This document shows, piece after piece, positions 25,941-37,257 of a stretch of DNA of 64,000 bases. The stretch's first letter is position 1. The number at the start of each line of letters is the position of its first letter. The notes below the pieces were generated by a model, which worked only from the letters and a program-made list of their open reading frames with translations, was not told the DNA's origin and did no database searches. Both the position numbers and the translations under genes were made by a program. Where the stretch lies: positions 572-64,571 of the forward strand of contig DATBHZ010000117.1 in assembly GCA_036557185.1 (NCBI GenBank). Direction: 5' to 3'. Origin of the DNA: Acidimicrobiia bacterium. GTDB lineage: Bacteria > Actinomycetota > Acidimicrobiia > IMCC26256 > JAENVU01.

Positions 25941-26363
25941 CTACTGGTAGCCCTGCATGATGTGCTCAACCCACCACTCGGGCGCCGCGCTCATGAGGGT
26001 CTGCATGTCCCAGTAGTCCCACCAACGCACGAGCTTCCCGGCGCGCACCTCCATCACCGACACGAAGGGCAACACCACGCTCTCGCCCGTGCCCCAATAC
26101 CACTCCTCGGCATGCTCGGTGACGACCATGTCGCGGTCGGCCACGATCGGACCGTCGCGCAGCACGTAGCGCTCGAGCGGGCCCAGTCCGAGCCGGAGCC
26201 GGGCCGCGATCGCTGCGGGCCCTCGAGCTCCCTCCTCGGGAGCAGGCACATCGGTGTAGTGCCCGTCGTCGGTGAAGAAGGCCCCGCAGGCGTCGAAATC
26301 CCGCCGACCGAGCGTCTCCCAGAACCTCTCGACCAGTGCACGGTTCGCACTCTCGTCGGCCAT
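25941..26363 (-). CDS. SnoaL/NTF2-like protein (limonene-1,2-epoxide hydrolase-like)
   Basis: 140 aa starting ALVERFWETLGRRDFDACGAFFTDDGHYTDVP. Size and pattern fit the NTF2-like fold. Confidence 0.65.
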   Translation of the reverse strand: MADESANRALVERFWETLGRRDFDACGAFFTDDGHYTDVPAPEEGARGPAAIAARLRLGLGPLERYVLRDGPIVADRDMVVTEHAEEWYWGTGESVVLPFVSVMEVRAGKLVRWWDYWDMQTLMSAAPEWWVEHIMQGYQ

Positions 26364-26499
26364 GCCACGCAGGCTATCGAGGCCCGAAACGCCCGGATGC
26401 GGTCAAGCCCCGGTGCCCATCGGTCGACAACCATGCGTGGTCATCCCGGCCCAGTCTCACGACGCGCCCGCACGCGCTCCGCGCCCCGAGTCGAGCGCC

Positions 26500-27432
26500 G
26501 TGCTGCAAGCCCAGCAGCTCGCGCAACGGCTCCGCGCCGCGCTCGCGCAGGTCCTGCGCGGCAAGCCCGCAGCCGTCCAGCACGCGCTGGTCGCGCTCCT
26601 CTCCGGAGGCCACCTCCTCATCGACGACGTGCCAGGCGTCGGCAAGACATTGCTCGCGAAGTCGATCGCACGATCCCTGGGCGGCTCCTTCCACCGCGTA
26701 CAGAGCACGCCCGACCTGCTGCCGACGGAACTCACCGGCGTCTCCGTGTTCGACATCTCGCGCAGCGAATGGACGTTCCGGCCGGGACCCCTCTTCGCGA
26801 ACGTCGTCCTGGTTGACGAGCTGAACCGCGCGACTCCCCGGACACAGGCCGCGCTGCTTGAAGCGATGGAAGAGCGCCAGGTCACGACCGACGGATCGAC
26901 GCGTCCATTGCCGCAGCCGTTCTTCCTCGTGGCGACGCAGAACCCACACGAGACGGCCGGAACGTTTCCGCTCGTCGAGGGTCAGCTCGACCGGTTCGCC
27001 CTCGTCACCGAGATCGGGGTGCCGGACGCGCGTACCGAGCGTGAGCTCCTCCTCGGCACGGGTGGAGAGCCGGCGCTCGCGCACCTCGAGGTCGTCGCCG
27101 AGACCCACGAGCTCGCCGCCGCGATCCGAGCAGTGGGATCCGTGCACGTCGCCGACGCGCTCGCGGACTACGTCGTCGCTGTCGCATCGGCGACGCGCAA
27201 CCAGCCGGACATCGCGATCGGCGCCAGCCCGAGGGCCAGCATCTCGTGGCTGCGCGGAGCGCAGGCCCTCGCGGTGCTCGACGGGCGTGACTACGTCGTG
27301 CCGGACGACCTCCAGCAGCTCGCGGTCCCGTGCCTCGCGCACCGGCTGGTTCTGCACGACGTCACGAGGCTCGACGACGCGCGTGCCATCGTGACCGCGT
27401 TGCTCGACTCCGTGCCCGTGCCCCGGCCGTGA
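26500..27432 (+). CDS. MoxR-family AAA+ ATPase
   Basis: Walker A DDVPGVGKT, Walker B/sensor VLVDELNRATPRTQAALLEAMEERQVT, and ATQNPHE. The start is placed at GTG 26500 and is uncertain. Confidence 0.88.
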   Translation: MLQAQQLAQRLRAALAQVLRGKPAAVQHALVALLSGGHLLIDDVPGVGKTLLAKSIARSLGGSFHRVQSTPDLLPTELTGVSVFDISRSEWTFRPGPLFANVVLVDELNRATPRTQAALLEAMEERQVTTDGSTRPLPQPFFLVATQNPHETAGTFPLVEGQLDRFALVTEIGVPDARTERELLLGTGGEPALAHLEVVAETHELAAAIRAVGSVHVADALADYVVAVASATRNQPDIAIGASPRASISWLRGAQALAVLDGRDYVVPDDLQQLAVPCLAHRLVLHDVTRLDDARAIVTALLDSVPVPRP

Positions 27433-28364
27433 GCCGGTCGTCCTTCCCGACCCCTGTCGCTCTTCGCAAGCTCGGCCTCGCGTTCGCCGTGTTGGCCGTC
27501 GCGTTGCTCCTGGTCGGCCGCACGACGGGTGCGGGATGGAACGTGGTGATCCTGTGCGTGCTCGCGGCGATCCTCGCGATCGGTGCGCTCACGCCGATCG
27601 CCGGGTTGCTCCGCGTGCGGATCCGGGCGGGTGCCCCGAGGGACGCCGTCGCCGGCAGACCGTTCGAGCTCACGATCACCGCGAGCGGCCGAGCCCGAAC
27701 GTTGCGGCTCCGCACGCTGGATCCGGAGAGCTCGTGGACCTTGGTCGACGCGCCGTGCACAGGAGCACTCACCGTGCTTCGGAACCGCCGAGGCGTGCTC
27801 GACACCGTGCTCGTCGAGCTGCGGTCGGCACATGCACTCGGGCTCGTCGACTGGCGGCGAAGGGTGCGCATGCAGCTCCCGGCACCCATCGAGGTCGGGC
27901 CGCGACCGGAGCGCGTGCCGTTCCGCGCGCATCGCAGCAGCGCGCGCACGACGGCGGATGCGCTCACAGCGGCTCGTTCCGGAGCGGAGCTCACGCGGGG
28001 AGTGCGGGAGTACACGCCCGGGGACCCGGTGCGCCTGCTGCACTGGCCCGCCACCGCGCGAGCCGGCACCCCGATGGTGCGTGAGCTGGACGGTCCGCAG
28101 CGACCCCGGCTGATCGTCGTCGCGGACCTGCGGACCTTCGACCCGGAGCGCACGGCGGCGCTCGCGGCCGGTGCAGCAATCGACGCGCTCGCACACGGGG
28201 CGCGCGTGGACCTTGCAACCGCCGAGGCGTCCGGGCCGCGGTTCGGCCGGGTGACAACCCCTATCGACGTCGGTCGGCGGCTCGCGCGCGCCGTCGAGGG
28301 ACCGCCGCCCGAGGGCCCGTTCGACCCCGACTGCCAGGTTCTCAGGCCGACTGGCCACCGATGA
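27429..28364 (+). CDS. DUF58-domain protein (MoxR partner)
   Basis: GVREYTPGDPVRLLHWPATARAGTPMVRELD. The GTG start overlaps the MoxR stop (GTGA). Confidence 0.85.
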   Translation: MSRSSFPTPVALRKLGLAFAVLAVALLLVGRTTGAGWNVVILCVLAAILAIGALTPIAGLLRVRIRAGAPRDAVAGRPFELTITASGRARTLRLRTLDPESSWTLVDAPCTGALTVLRNRRGVLDTVLVELRSAHALGLVDWRRRVRMQLPAPIEVGPRPERVPFRAHRSSARTTADALTAARSGAELTRGVREYTPGDPVRLLHWPATARAGTPMVRELDGPQRPRLIVVADLRTFDPERTAALAAGAAIDALAHGARVDLATAEASGPRFGRVTTPIDVGRRLARAVEGPPPEGPFDPDCQVLRPTGHR

Positions 28365-30499
28365 GCCTCCGCCGGAACGAGGCGCCAGCCACCCGCGAGA
28401 CGGAGCCGTCGCTCGAGCTGCGGGTCGCCGTGCTGGCAACGATGATCAGTGCCTCCGTGGGCTTGTTGCGCGAGGGCGTCGGGACGTCCGCGCTGTGGCT
28501 CGCCGTGCTCGCCGGCTTCCCCCTGGCGGCCTTCGTGCAACATCGGGCGAGCGCGAAGCGGCGTGCCGTCCTGCACGTTGTAGCGACGGCGGCCGGGCTC
28601 GCCGTTGTCGTGCACGTGATCTCCACGGTCGCTTCCCAAGCACAGAGCGGTGCCGCGGCGCTGCAAGTGCCGCTGGCGCAAGCGTTCCTCTGGCTGCTGC
28701 TGTGCCAGGCGGTGGACACCTCCAATCGCCGGAGTCTGCTCGTGCTGCTCATCGCGTCGCCGGTGATCGTCGGGACTGCCGGGGTTCTCTCGATCGACAT
28801 GGCGCTCGCGGTTTGGATCGCGCTTTGGGCCGTGAGCCTGCTGGTCGCGATCGTGCTGTCGCACCGCGACGAGATGGCATCCCTGCCTCGGCTCGGTGCG
28901 ATCCGCCCGAAGCGAAGCGAGATTTCCTCGGCGATCGGAACGTCGCTCGCCGGCGGGCTCGCGGTGGTGCTGATCGGCGCAGCCATCTTCATGGTGGCGC
29001 CCGTCGCGGGTACCAGCCGCAGCCTGACGTTTCCGGCGTCGCTCGGACCGCGCGATCCGGTCGCGCTGCCCGGCGAGCTCTCCAATCCCACGCTCGGCTC
29101 CGGCGACCCGGCCAACGGCTCGGGAGGCTCGAGCTCGGGAAGCCGGGCCTCCTTCGGCTACTTCGGCTTCTCCAAGACGCTCGACACCTCGCTGCGCGGC
29201 CGGCCGGACAACACGGTCGTCATGCGCGTCCGCGCGTCGTCGGGTGACTTCTGGCAGGCCCAGACGTTCGACCGTTGGGACGGACGCGTCTGGACCGTGT
29301 CGGACGATCGGCCGACGCCGCTGCGAGGTGGCACCTCGATACCCATTCCGGGCGTCGACGCCGATGGTGTGCGCTTCCCCGACGTACCCACTGACGAGCT
29401 CGTCCAGACGTACTACCTGGATCGTGACGCGCCGAACATGATCTTCGGGGCCGAGAGTCCTGTGCGCCTCTACTTCCCCGAGCACATCGTGTTCCAGGTT
29501 CCCGACGGATCGGTGCGCGCCGGCGTGAACCTGTACAACGGCGCCGTCTACACGGTGGTGAGCCGCAGGGCGCTCACGACCCCCACGGTGCTCCGAGCGG
29601 CCAACGACCGTCTCGAGATCCCGCCGAGCATCCTCGAACAGTACGCGGCCGCGCCGGTCACGACATCACGAGTCCGCGCGCTCGCCGCGAGGATCACGGC
29701 CGCGGCCCCGACGACGTACGACAAGGTCCGGGCGCTCGAGGCGTGGATGTCGGCGCACACCAAGTACACGATCGACATCCCGCCGCTGCCCAAGGGTGCC
29801 GACGCCGTCGACCAATTCCTGTTCGTGGACCGCCGCGGGTTCTGCGAGCAGATCGGCACGAGCCTCGTAGTGATGCTGCGGTCGCTCGGGATCCCGGCTC
29901 GTTTGGCCGTGGGCTACGCCCAGGGCGAGCGCAACCCGTTCACCGGGCTCTACGAGGTGCGCGCCAGCGACGCGCACGCCTGGGCCCAGGTGTACTTCCC
30001 CGGCGTCGGCTGGCAGAGCTTCGATCCGACCGCGTCGGTGCCGCTCGCGGGCGACTCCGCGATCAACGGCGCCGGGTCCGGTGCATGGGCGTACCTCACG
30101 GCCCATCTGTCGATCCCCCGCTGGCTCGCACCCGCGGGTTCCGCGCTCGTCGTGCTGATCGTCGTGGCCGCGCTCGGCGTCGGCATACGGCGCCGTCGGC
30201 GCAGCGGGCGTTCCGTCGCCGTCCCGTCCTGGGCGTCGCAGCGCCTCGGCGAGCTCGAGACCTGGGGTGCAACGCACGGGCGCGCACGCGCGCCTTCCGA
30301 ATCGACGCGGAGGTATACGGCTGCGCTCGCCTCGCTCGACGACCACCGCGCGGCGCGGATCCAGATCGCGGGACGCGTCCTCGACGCGGCGATGTTCTCG
30401 TCGCACGAGATCCCGCCAGGCGCGCGCGCAGAGGTCGAGCACCTGCTCGCCGAGCTCGCCGAGGCCGGCGAGGCCTCGACACCGGTCGCTCGCGTCTAG
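28361..30499 (+). CDS. Transglutaminase-domain membrane protein (TgpA-like)
   Basis: N-terminal multi-TM region. Transglutaminase core RGFCEQIGTSLVVMLRSLGIPARLAVGY ... HAWAQVYFPGVGWQSFDPT. ATGA overlap with the DUF58 gene. Confidence 0.88.
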   Translation: MSLRRNEAPATRETEPSLELRVAVLATMISASVGLLREGVGTSALWLAVLAGFPLAAFVQHRASAKRRAVLHVVATAAGLAVVVHVISTVASQAQSGAAALQVPLAQAFLWLLLCQAVDTSNRRSLLVLLIASPVIVGTAGVLSIDMALAVWIALWAVSLLVAIVLSHRDEMASLPRLGAIRPKRSEISSAIGTSLAGGLAVVLIGAAIFMVAPVAGTSRSLTFPASLGPRDPVALPGELSNPTLGSGDPANGSGGSSSGSRASFGYFGFSKTLDTSLRGRPDNTVVMRVRASSGDFWQAQTFDRWDGRVWTVSDDRPTPLRGGTSIPIPGVDADGVRFPDVPTDELVQTYYLDRDAPNMIFGAESPVRLYFPEHIVFQVPDGSVRAGVNLYNGAVYTVVSRRALTTPTVLRAANDRLEIPPSILEQYAAAPVTTSRVRALAARITAAAPTTYDKVRALEAWMSAHTKYTIDIPPLPKGADAVDQFLFVDRRGFCEQIGTSLVVMLRSLGIPARLAVGYAQGERNPFTGLYEVRASDAHAWAQVYFPGVGWQSFDPTASVPLAGDSAINGAGSGAWAYLTAHLSIPRWLAPAGSALVVLIVVAALGVGIRRRRRSGRSVAVPSWASQRLGELETWGATHGRARAPSESTRRYTAALASLDDHRAARIQIAGRVLDAAMFSSHEIPPGARAEVEHLLAELAEAGEASTPVARV

Positions 30500-31503
30500 G
30501 CGACCGGGACGCCCTCGAAGACCGCCGCGCGCACACCCCTGCGCGCCAGCTCCTCGAGGAAGGCGCGCGGCGCCGCGATCTGACCGAGCCCGCGCACGCC
30601 CGGCTCCGCCCTGACGAGGCTCGGGAGCGCGCCGGCCAACGCCGCCACCGTCACCGCCAACACGGTCCCGGTCGCGATCGCTGTCCGCTCGACGGCTCCG
30701 TACACGAGTGGCTCCCTCCCGGGCCCGCGACGTCCCCAGGTCTCGACGCGCAACGCGCCCCACGAGCCTTCCGGGTCGTTGCGGCCCGGCAGTGCGATCC
30801 GGGGCCGTCGGTCCGGCTCCGCTTGGCGCACTGCGACTCGTTGCGCGTCGGGGAACGCCCGCAGCAACAGATCGACGGCAGTGCCCACGACCTCGCACTC
30901 GTGCGCGCCGACCGGATCGGGGAACCAGATCAGCTCACGGGCACCTCGGCGCCTCGCCTCCGTGCGCCGCCCGTCGCGAACCTCGACGGGCCGTTCGCGC
31001 AACGCGCGTCGCACTGTCGAATGCGACGCATCGCCGGCCGCACCGTAGCGAGCCACGTTGATCTCGTCGACGACGTCGAAGGAGTCCGCTGCGTGACGCG
31101 CCAGCACGTCCGCGAGTCCCGGCGCGAGACCGCACCCGGCGGCGAGTGTCACCCCGGCGTCGCGCGCCATCGCTTCGAACGAGAGCATGCCCTGGATGCC
31201 CAGGACGTCGTCGCCCGCAGACGCGAGCGGGACGCGCGCCGCCATCGCAGCACGTGCGACACCGATGTCCGCGCCGGCGGGAACGGCCGACGCGATCGCG
31301 TCGACGCCGTCGGGAAGCTCCGGTATCCCGTCCCTGGCCCATGCGATCGGTTCGGCTTTGTCCCCCATCACGCCGGCGACGGCCTCGGCCCGCTCTGCAG
31401 AGCGGTCGGCGATCAGCACGTGATCGATGGAGGGTGTCTCGACGAGCTGGCGCGCGGCGCGCGCGCCGACGGCACCCGCACCCTGCAGCAGAACCGTTGT
31501 CAC
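30496..31503 (-). CDS. Saccharopine dehydrogenase-like NAD(P)-binding protein
   Basis: N-terminal Rossmann motif VLLQGAGAVGARAARQL, about 335 aa. GTG start at 31503. Confidence 0.65.
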   Translation of the reverse strand: MTTVLLQGAGAVGARAARQLVETPSIDHVLIADRSAERAEAVAGVMGDKAEPIAWARDGIPELPDGVDAIASAVPAGADIGVARAAMAARVPLASAGDDVLGIQGMLSFEAMARDAGVTLAAGCGLAPGLADVLARHAADSFDVVDEINVARYGAAGDASHSTVRRALRERPVEVRDGRRTEARRRGARELIWFPDPVGAHECEVVGTAVDLLLRAFPDAQRVAVRQAEPDRRPRIALPGRNDPEGSWGALRVETWGRRGPGREPLVYGAVERTAIATGTVLAVTVAALAGALPSLVRAEPGVRGLGQIAAPRAFLEELARRGVRAAVFEGVPVA

Positions 31504-31637
31504 CGGAAGTCTGGTCCGCGCAGCTCCCGCCAGCCGCCGTTAGTGGGCGGAACCCCGCCCTTGCCCCGCAGCTTCATGATCCCGCCTGCCAGCGCAGCGA
31601 CCAGCACAACGAGCAGGCCTCGCCGAAATGCACGCAC
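31500..31637 (-). CDS. Candidate 45-aa small membrane protein (below the ORF-track size cut-off)
   Basis: Hand translation gives VRAFRRGLLVVLVAALAGGIMKLRGKGGVPPTNGGWRELRGPDFR. It has one TM helix. Its TGA overlaps the GTG of the downstream gene (GTGA at 31500-31503). Position just after tRNA-Ile resembles that of small actinobacterial DLW-39-type proteins. Confidence 0.4.
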   Translation of the reverse strand: MRAFRRGLLVVLVAALAGGIMKLRGKGGVPPTNGGWRELRGPDFR

Positions 31638-31696
31638 GCGGCGAGTGTATCGACGCGGTGCGGAGGGGGCACCAGGCGGATTCGGGAGGGGTCGAG

Positions 31697-31770
31697 TGGG
31701 GCTAGCTGGAATCGAACCAGCGACCTCATCCTTATCAGGGATGCGCTCTAACCGACTGAGCTATAGCCCC
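31697..31770 (-). tRNA. tRNA-Ile (anticodon GAU)
   Basis: Reverse complement GGGGCTATAGCTCAGTCGGTTAGAGCGCATCCCTGATAAGGATGAGGTCGCTGGTTCGATTCCAGCTAGCCCCA. Anticodon loop cCTGATAAg. Confidence 0.93.
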
Positions 31771-31842
31771 CGAAGGCGAACGCGCAGAGTACCAGGGCGC
31801 GTCTTGCGAACTCCGGCGAACATTGCGACGGAACGCGTCGCG

Positions 31843-32298
31843 CTAGTGCTTGTCCGACTCCACGAATCGAACCTCCACGCCGCCGATGACCTCGGCGAAG
31901 AGGTTGTAGGTCGCCGCGGCGAGGATCGTCAGCAGCGTCATGAGCGCGACCAGGACCAGGCCGACGAGGATCGCTCCCTCGAGGATCTCGAACGAGACGA
32001 GGTGGTAGTTCTTCGAGCTGAGGATCTTCCCCATGAAGGACTCGAGGTTGGCGATCACACCGAACGCGTCGGCAAGCAGCCAGAGCACGATGCCGGCGAC
32101 CAGCACGAGCGCGAACGCCGCGAGGTAGAAGCACAGCGAGACCTTGAGCACGGACCAGAGGTCGACGCGGCTGATCTCGGCATCCGAGCGGCGCGGGGCC
32201 GGACGGGCCTGGGCAGCGACCGCGAAGCCGTCGGGATCGCTCTTGCGCTTGCGGCGGCCCTTCTTCTCTGTTGCTGCTACTACGGCTCGATACTCCAC
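31843..32298 (-). CDS. DUF3566-type membrane protein (conserved gyrA-downstream gene, Rv0007-like)
   Basis: Basic N-terminus, then ISRVDLWSVLKVSLCFYLAAFALVLVAGIVLW and a second TM, with C-terminal GGVEVRF. GTG 32298 lies just after the gyrA stop. Confidence 0.8.
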   Translation of the reverse strand: MEYRAVVAATEKKGRRKRKSDPDGFAVAAQARPAPRRSDAEISRVDLWSVLKVSLCFYLAAFALVLVAGIVLWLLADAFGVIANLESFMGKILSSKNYHLVSFEILEGAILVGLVLVALMTLLTILAAATYNLFAEVIGGVEVRFVESDKH

Positions 32299-32302
32299 GC
32301 CT

Positions 32303-34765
32303 TCAGGAGTCCTCTCCCTCTTCGGCTTCGAGAACCGGAGCAACTGCAACGACGGTGTCGCCCTCGCGCAGGGATGCGACCTTGACACCGGTCGCATCCC
32401 GACCCTGGGCTGAAATGTCCTTTACCCCGGTCCGAATGATATTGCCCGCCGAGGAGAACACGAGCACTTCGTCATCGGGCTGCACGGTGAAGGCAGATAT
32501 CACGCCCACACGGCTCGCGGTGACCTTCATGCCACGGACTCCCTGGCCGCCACGGCCCTGCACGTTGAACCGATCGAGCCGGGTGCGCTTGCCGTGCCCA
32601 CTGGCGCTGACGAAGAGCATGACGGAATCGTCACGGGCCACGTCACAGGCAACGACAGCATCGTCCGCATTCTTGAGCTTCATTCCGCGAACTCCGGCCG
32701 CGGCCCGGCCCATAGGGCGCACATCGCTCTCGTTGAACCGGATCGTCATGCCGTTCCGCGACACCATGAAGATGTCCGCCTCGCCATTTGTCTGGATGAC
32801 GCGCACCAGCTCGTCGTTGTCCTTCAGGTTGATCGCGATCAAGCCGGTGCGCAGCGACGAGTCGTACTCGCTCATCTTGGTCTTCTTCACCTGGCCATTG
32901 CGCGTCGCGAAGAACAGGTACGCACCATCCTCATAGGTGCGCGTGTCGATCACGGCCTCGATGTGCTCTTCACCCGCGAGCGCGACGAGGTTCACCAGCG
33001 CCGTACCGCGGGCCGTGCGCTCCTTCATCGGGATCTCGTGCGCGCGCAACCTGTACACACGGCCGCGGTTCGAGAAGAAAAACAGGTACGAGTGCGCGGT
33101 CGTCGTGAGGAGATGCTCGACGTAGTCCTCGTCCTTCAGGCTCGACCCGCGCACGCCCTTGCCGCCGCGGCCCTGCTTGCGGAAGCTGTCCGCGGCCACC
33201 GTCTTGATGTACCCCTTCTTCGAGAGGACGACGACAACCTCCTCGTCCTCGATCAGATCGAGGTCGTCGATCTCGCCTGAGTCGAAGGTGATCTTGGTCT
33301 TCCGCTCCGTGGCGAACTTGTCGCGGATCTCGCCGATCTCGTCCTTGATCACCGTGCGCAGCTTCTTGTCGCTCTTGAGGATCGCCTCGAGCTCCGCGAT
33401 CGTGGCTCGCAGCTCCTCGAACTCGTCGCGGAGCTTCTGGTGCTCCAGCTGAGCGAGGCGACGAAGCTGCATGTCCAGGATGTGGTTCGCCTGGATCTCG
33501 CTGAACTCGTATGGCTTGGCCATGAGCGCGGTACGCGCCGCGTCGGCGCTCTCGGACCCGCGGATCAGGGCGATGATCTCGTCGATGTGGTCGAGGGCCC
33601 GGAGCAGCCCCTCCACGATGTGCGCTCGGTCGCGCGCCTTCTCGAGACGGAAATTCGTCCGTCGCGTGATGACGTCGATCTGGTGTGCGACGTACTCCTC
33701 GAGCACCTCCTTGAGGTTGAGCACCTTCGGTGCCCCGTCGACGAGCGCGAGCATGATCACGCCGAAGTTGGACTGCATCGACGTGTGCTTGAAGAGCTGA
33801 TTGAGCACGACCTGCGCGTTCGCATCTCGCTTGAGGTCGATAACGAGCCGGTACTCGCCGCGCGAGGTCTCGTTCCGGACGTCGCGAATCCCTTCGATCT
33901 TTCGGTCGCCGACCAGCTCGGCGATCTTCGTGCCGATCGCCTCCACCGAGGTCTGGTAGGGCACGTCGGTGACGACGATGCGCTGGCCGCCCTTGAACTC
34001 CTCGACCTCGGTGACGGCGCGCATCTTGATGGAGCCGCGACCGCTTCTGTACATGTCGTGGATCCCGCCGCGTCCGAGGATCAGCGCACCTGTCGGGAAG
34101 TCGGGTCCCTGCACGATCTTCATCAGATCCTCGACAGCCGCGTCCGGATGGTCGATCAGGTGGACGGTCGCGTCGATGACCTCACCGAGGTTGTGCGGTG
34201 GGATGTTCGTCGCCATGCCGACAGCGATCCCGCCACCCCCATTGACAAGGAGGTTCGGGAATCGCGAAGGGAGGACGTCCGGCTCCTGGGTCTTCGCGTC
34301 GTAGGTGTCGGTGAACTGAACCGTGTTCTCGTCGATGCCTTCGAGCAGCTGCATGGCGATCGGAGCGAGACGGCACTCCGTGTACCGCATGGCGCCAGGG
34401 CGATCGTTGGGGTCGGGTGATCCGAAATTGCCCTTGCCGTCGACGAGCGGGTGGCGCAGTGAGAAGTCCTGTGCCATCCGCGCGAGCGCGTCGTAGATCG
34501 CCTGGTCGCCGTGAGGGTGGAAGTTGCCCATCACATGACCCACGACCTGTGCCGACTTCGAGCGCGTGCGGTCCGGGCGAAGGCCACGGTCGTACATGCC
34601 GTAGATGATTCGACGGTGGACCGGCTTCAGCCCGTCCCGCGCGCTCGGTAGCGCCCGGGACACGATGACCGACATCGCATAGTCGAGGAAGGAGCGCTCG
34701 ACCTCTTCCTGGATCTCGATGGGTTCGACGTTGGGCTCGAGCGTCGGCTGGTCGCCGTTCGGCAC
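32303..34765 (-). CDS. gyrA: DNA gyrase subunit A
   Basis: Full length. DGLKPVHRRI, AMRYTE (catalytic Tyr region) and C-terminal beta-pinwheel repeats. Confidence 0.97.
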   Translation of the reverse strand: MPNGDQPTLEPNVEPIEIQEEVERSFLDYAMSVIVSRALPSARDGLKPVHRRIIYGMYDRGLRPDRTRSKSAQVVGHVMGNFHPHGDQAIYDALARMAQDFSLRHPLVDGKGNFGSPDPNDRPGAMRYTECRLAPIAMQLLEGIDENTVQFTDTYDAKTQEPDVLPSRFPNLLVNGGGGIAVGMATNIPPHNLGEVIDATVHLIDHPDAAVEDLMKIVQGPDFPTGALILGRGGIHDMYRSGRGSIKMRAVTEVEEFKGGQRIVVTDVPYQTSVEAIGTKIAELVGDRKIEGIRDVRNETSRGEYRLVIDLKRDANAQVVLNQLFKHTSMQSNFGVIMLALVDGAPKVLNLKEVLEEYVAHQIDVITRRTNFRLEKARDRAHIVEGLLRALDHIDEIIALIRGSESADAARTALMAKPYEFSEIQANHILDMQLRRLAQLEHQKLRDEFEELRATIAELEAILKSDKKLRTVIKDEIGEIRDKFATERKTKITFDSGEIDDLDLIEDEEVVVVLSKKGYIKTVAADSFRKQGRGGKGVRGSSLKDEDYVEHLLTTTAHSYLFFFSNRGRVYRLRAHEIPMKERTARGTALVNLVALAGEEHIEAVIDTRTYEDGAYLFFATRNGQVKKTKMSEYDSSLRTGLIAINLKDNDELVRVIQTNGEADIFMVSRNGMTIRFNESDVRPMGRAAAGVRGMKLKNADDAVVACDVARDDSVMLFVSASGHGKRTRLDRFNVQGRGGQGVRGMKVTASRVGVISAFTVQPDDEVLVFSSAGNIIRTGVKDISAQGRDATGVKVASLREGDTVVAVAPVLEAEEGEDS

Positions 34766-34795
34766 GCAGCACCTCCGGTGACTGTCGGTGACTTG

Positions 34796-36715
<1,920 letters not shown>

Positions 36716-36888
36716 TCATCTCGGGAGCGTGTCGGAGACCCTGTTCGGGACCTCGATCCGGGATTCGGCCGGTCCCGGAACCGGTCGCTCCGGGTACGTC
36801 ACGAGCGCTTGCCCGGCACTCGGTCCCCGGGGCGTTCCAACCGCTCCAAAACTACGCGAAACCCCAGGTCAGAGGGCCAATTCCCACG

Positions 36889-37257
36889 TCACTCAGTGTA
36901 CCAGAACGGGGGTGGCTCCGGACCGATCTCGCGGTCCGGCGCAGGCTTCGCGAAGCCGCCTTCGCGCGCCACGGACACGTGCATGTCGGTGACGCCCAAC
37001 TCGGGTCGCTCGCCGCGGAGTCGGTCGAGCACCGACTGGTGGAGGAAGCGCAGCTGACCGGCCCAAGCCGGCGCGTCGACACGCACACGGAGCACGCCGG
37101 CGACGACCGCGACCGGCTCCGAGTGCGCGGCGAGCACCTCGCCCACCAGGGTCTCCCACTCCTCGGCCAGTCCCTCCAGTGCCGCGGGCTCAGGCGCAGC
37201 GAGGTCCCGGCGCACGGCGGCGAGGGCATCGCCGACCGGCCGGGGATCGTCAGCCAT
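36889..37257 (-). CDS. DUF721/DciA-like protein (Rv0004-type, between recF and gyrB)
   Basis: About 120 aa with GVLRVRVDAPAWAGQLRFL. The synteny fits. It overlaps the recF stop by 8 nt. Confidence 0.8.
   Translation of the reverse strand: MADDPRPVGDALAAVRRDLAAPEPAALEGLAEEWETLVGEVLAAHSEPVAVVAGVLRVRVDAPAWAGQLRFLHQSVLDRLRGERPELGVTDMHVSVAREGGFAKPAPDREIGPEPPPFWYTE

Noticed and set aside
29743-32385. 880-aa plus-strand ORF, the longest in the track
   Set aside because: It runs antisense to the transglutaminase 3' end, the SDH-like gene, DUF3566 and gyrA, and straight through tRNA-Ile. Its translation is Arg/Pro/Gly/Ala-rich with no motifs. It is a typical high-G+C shadow ORF.
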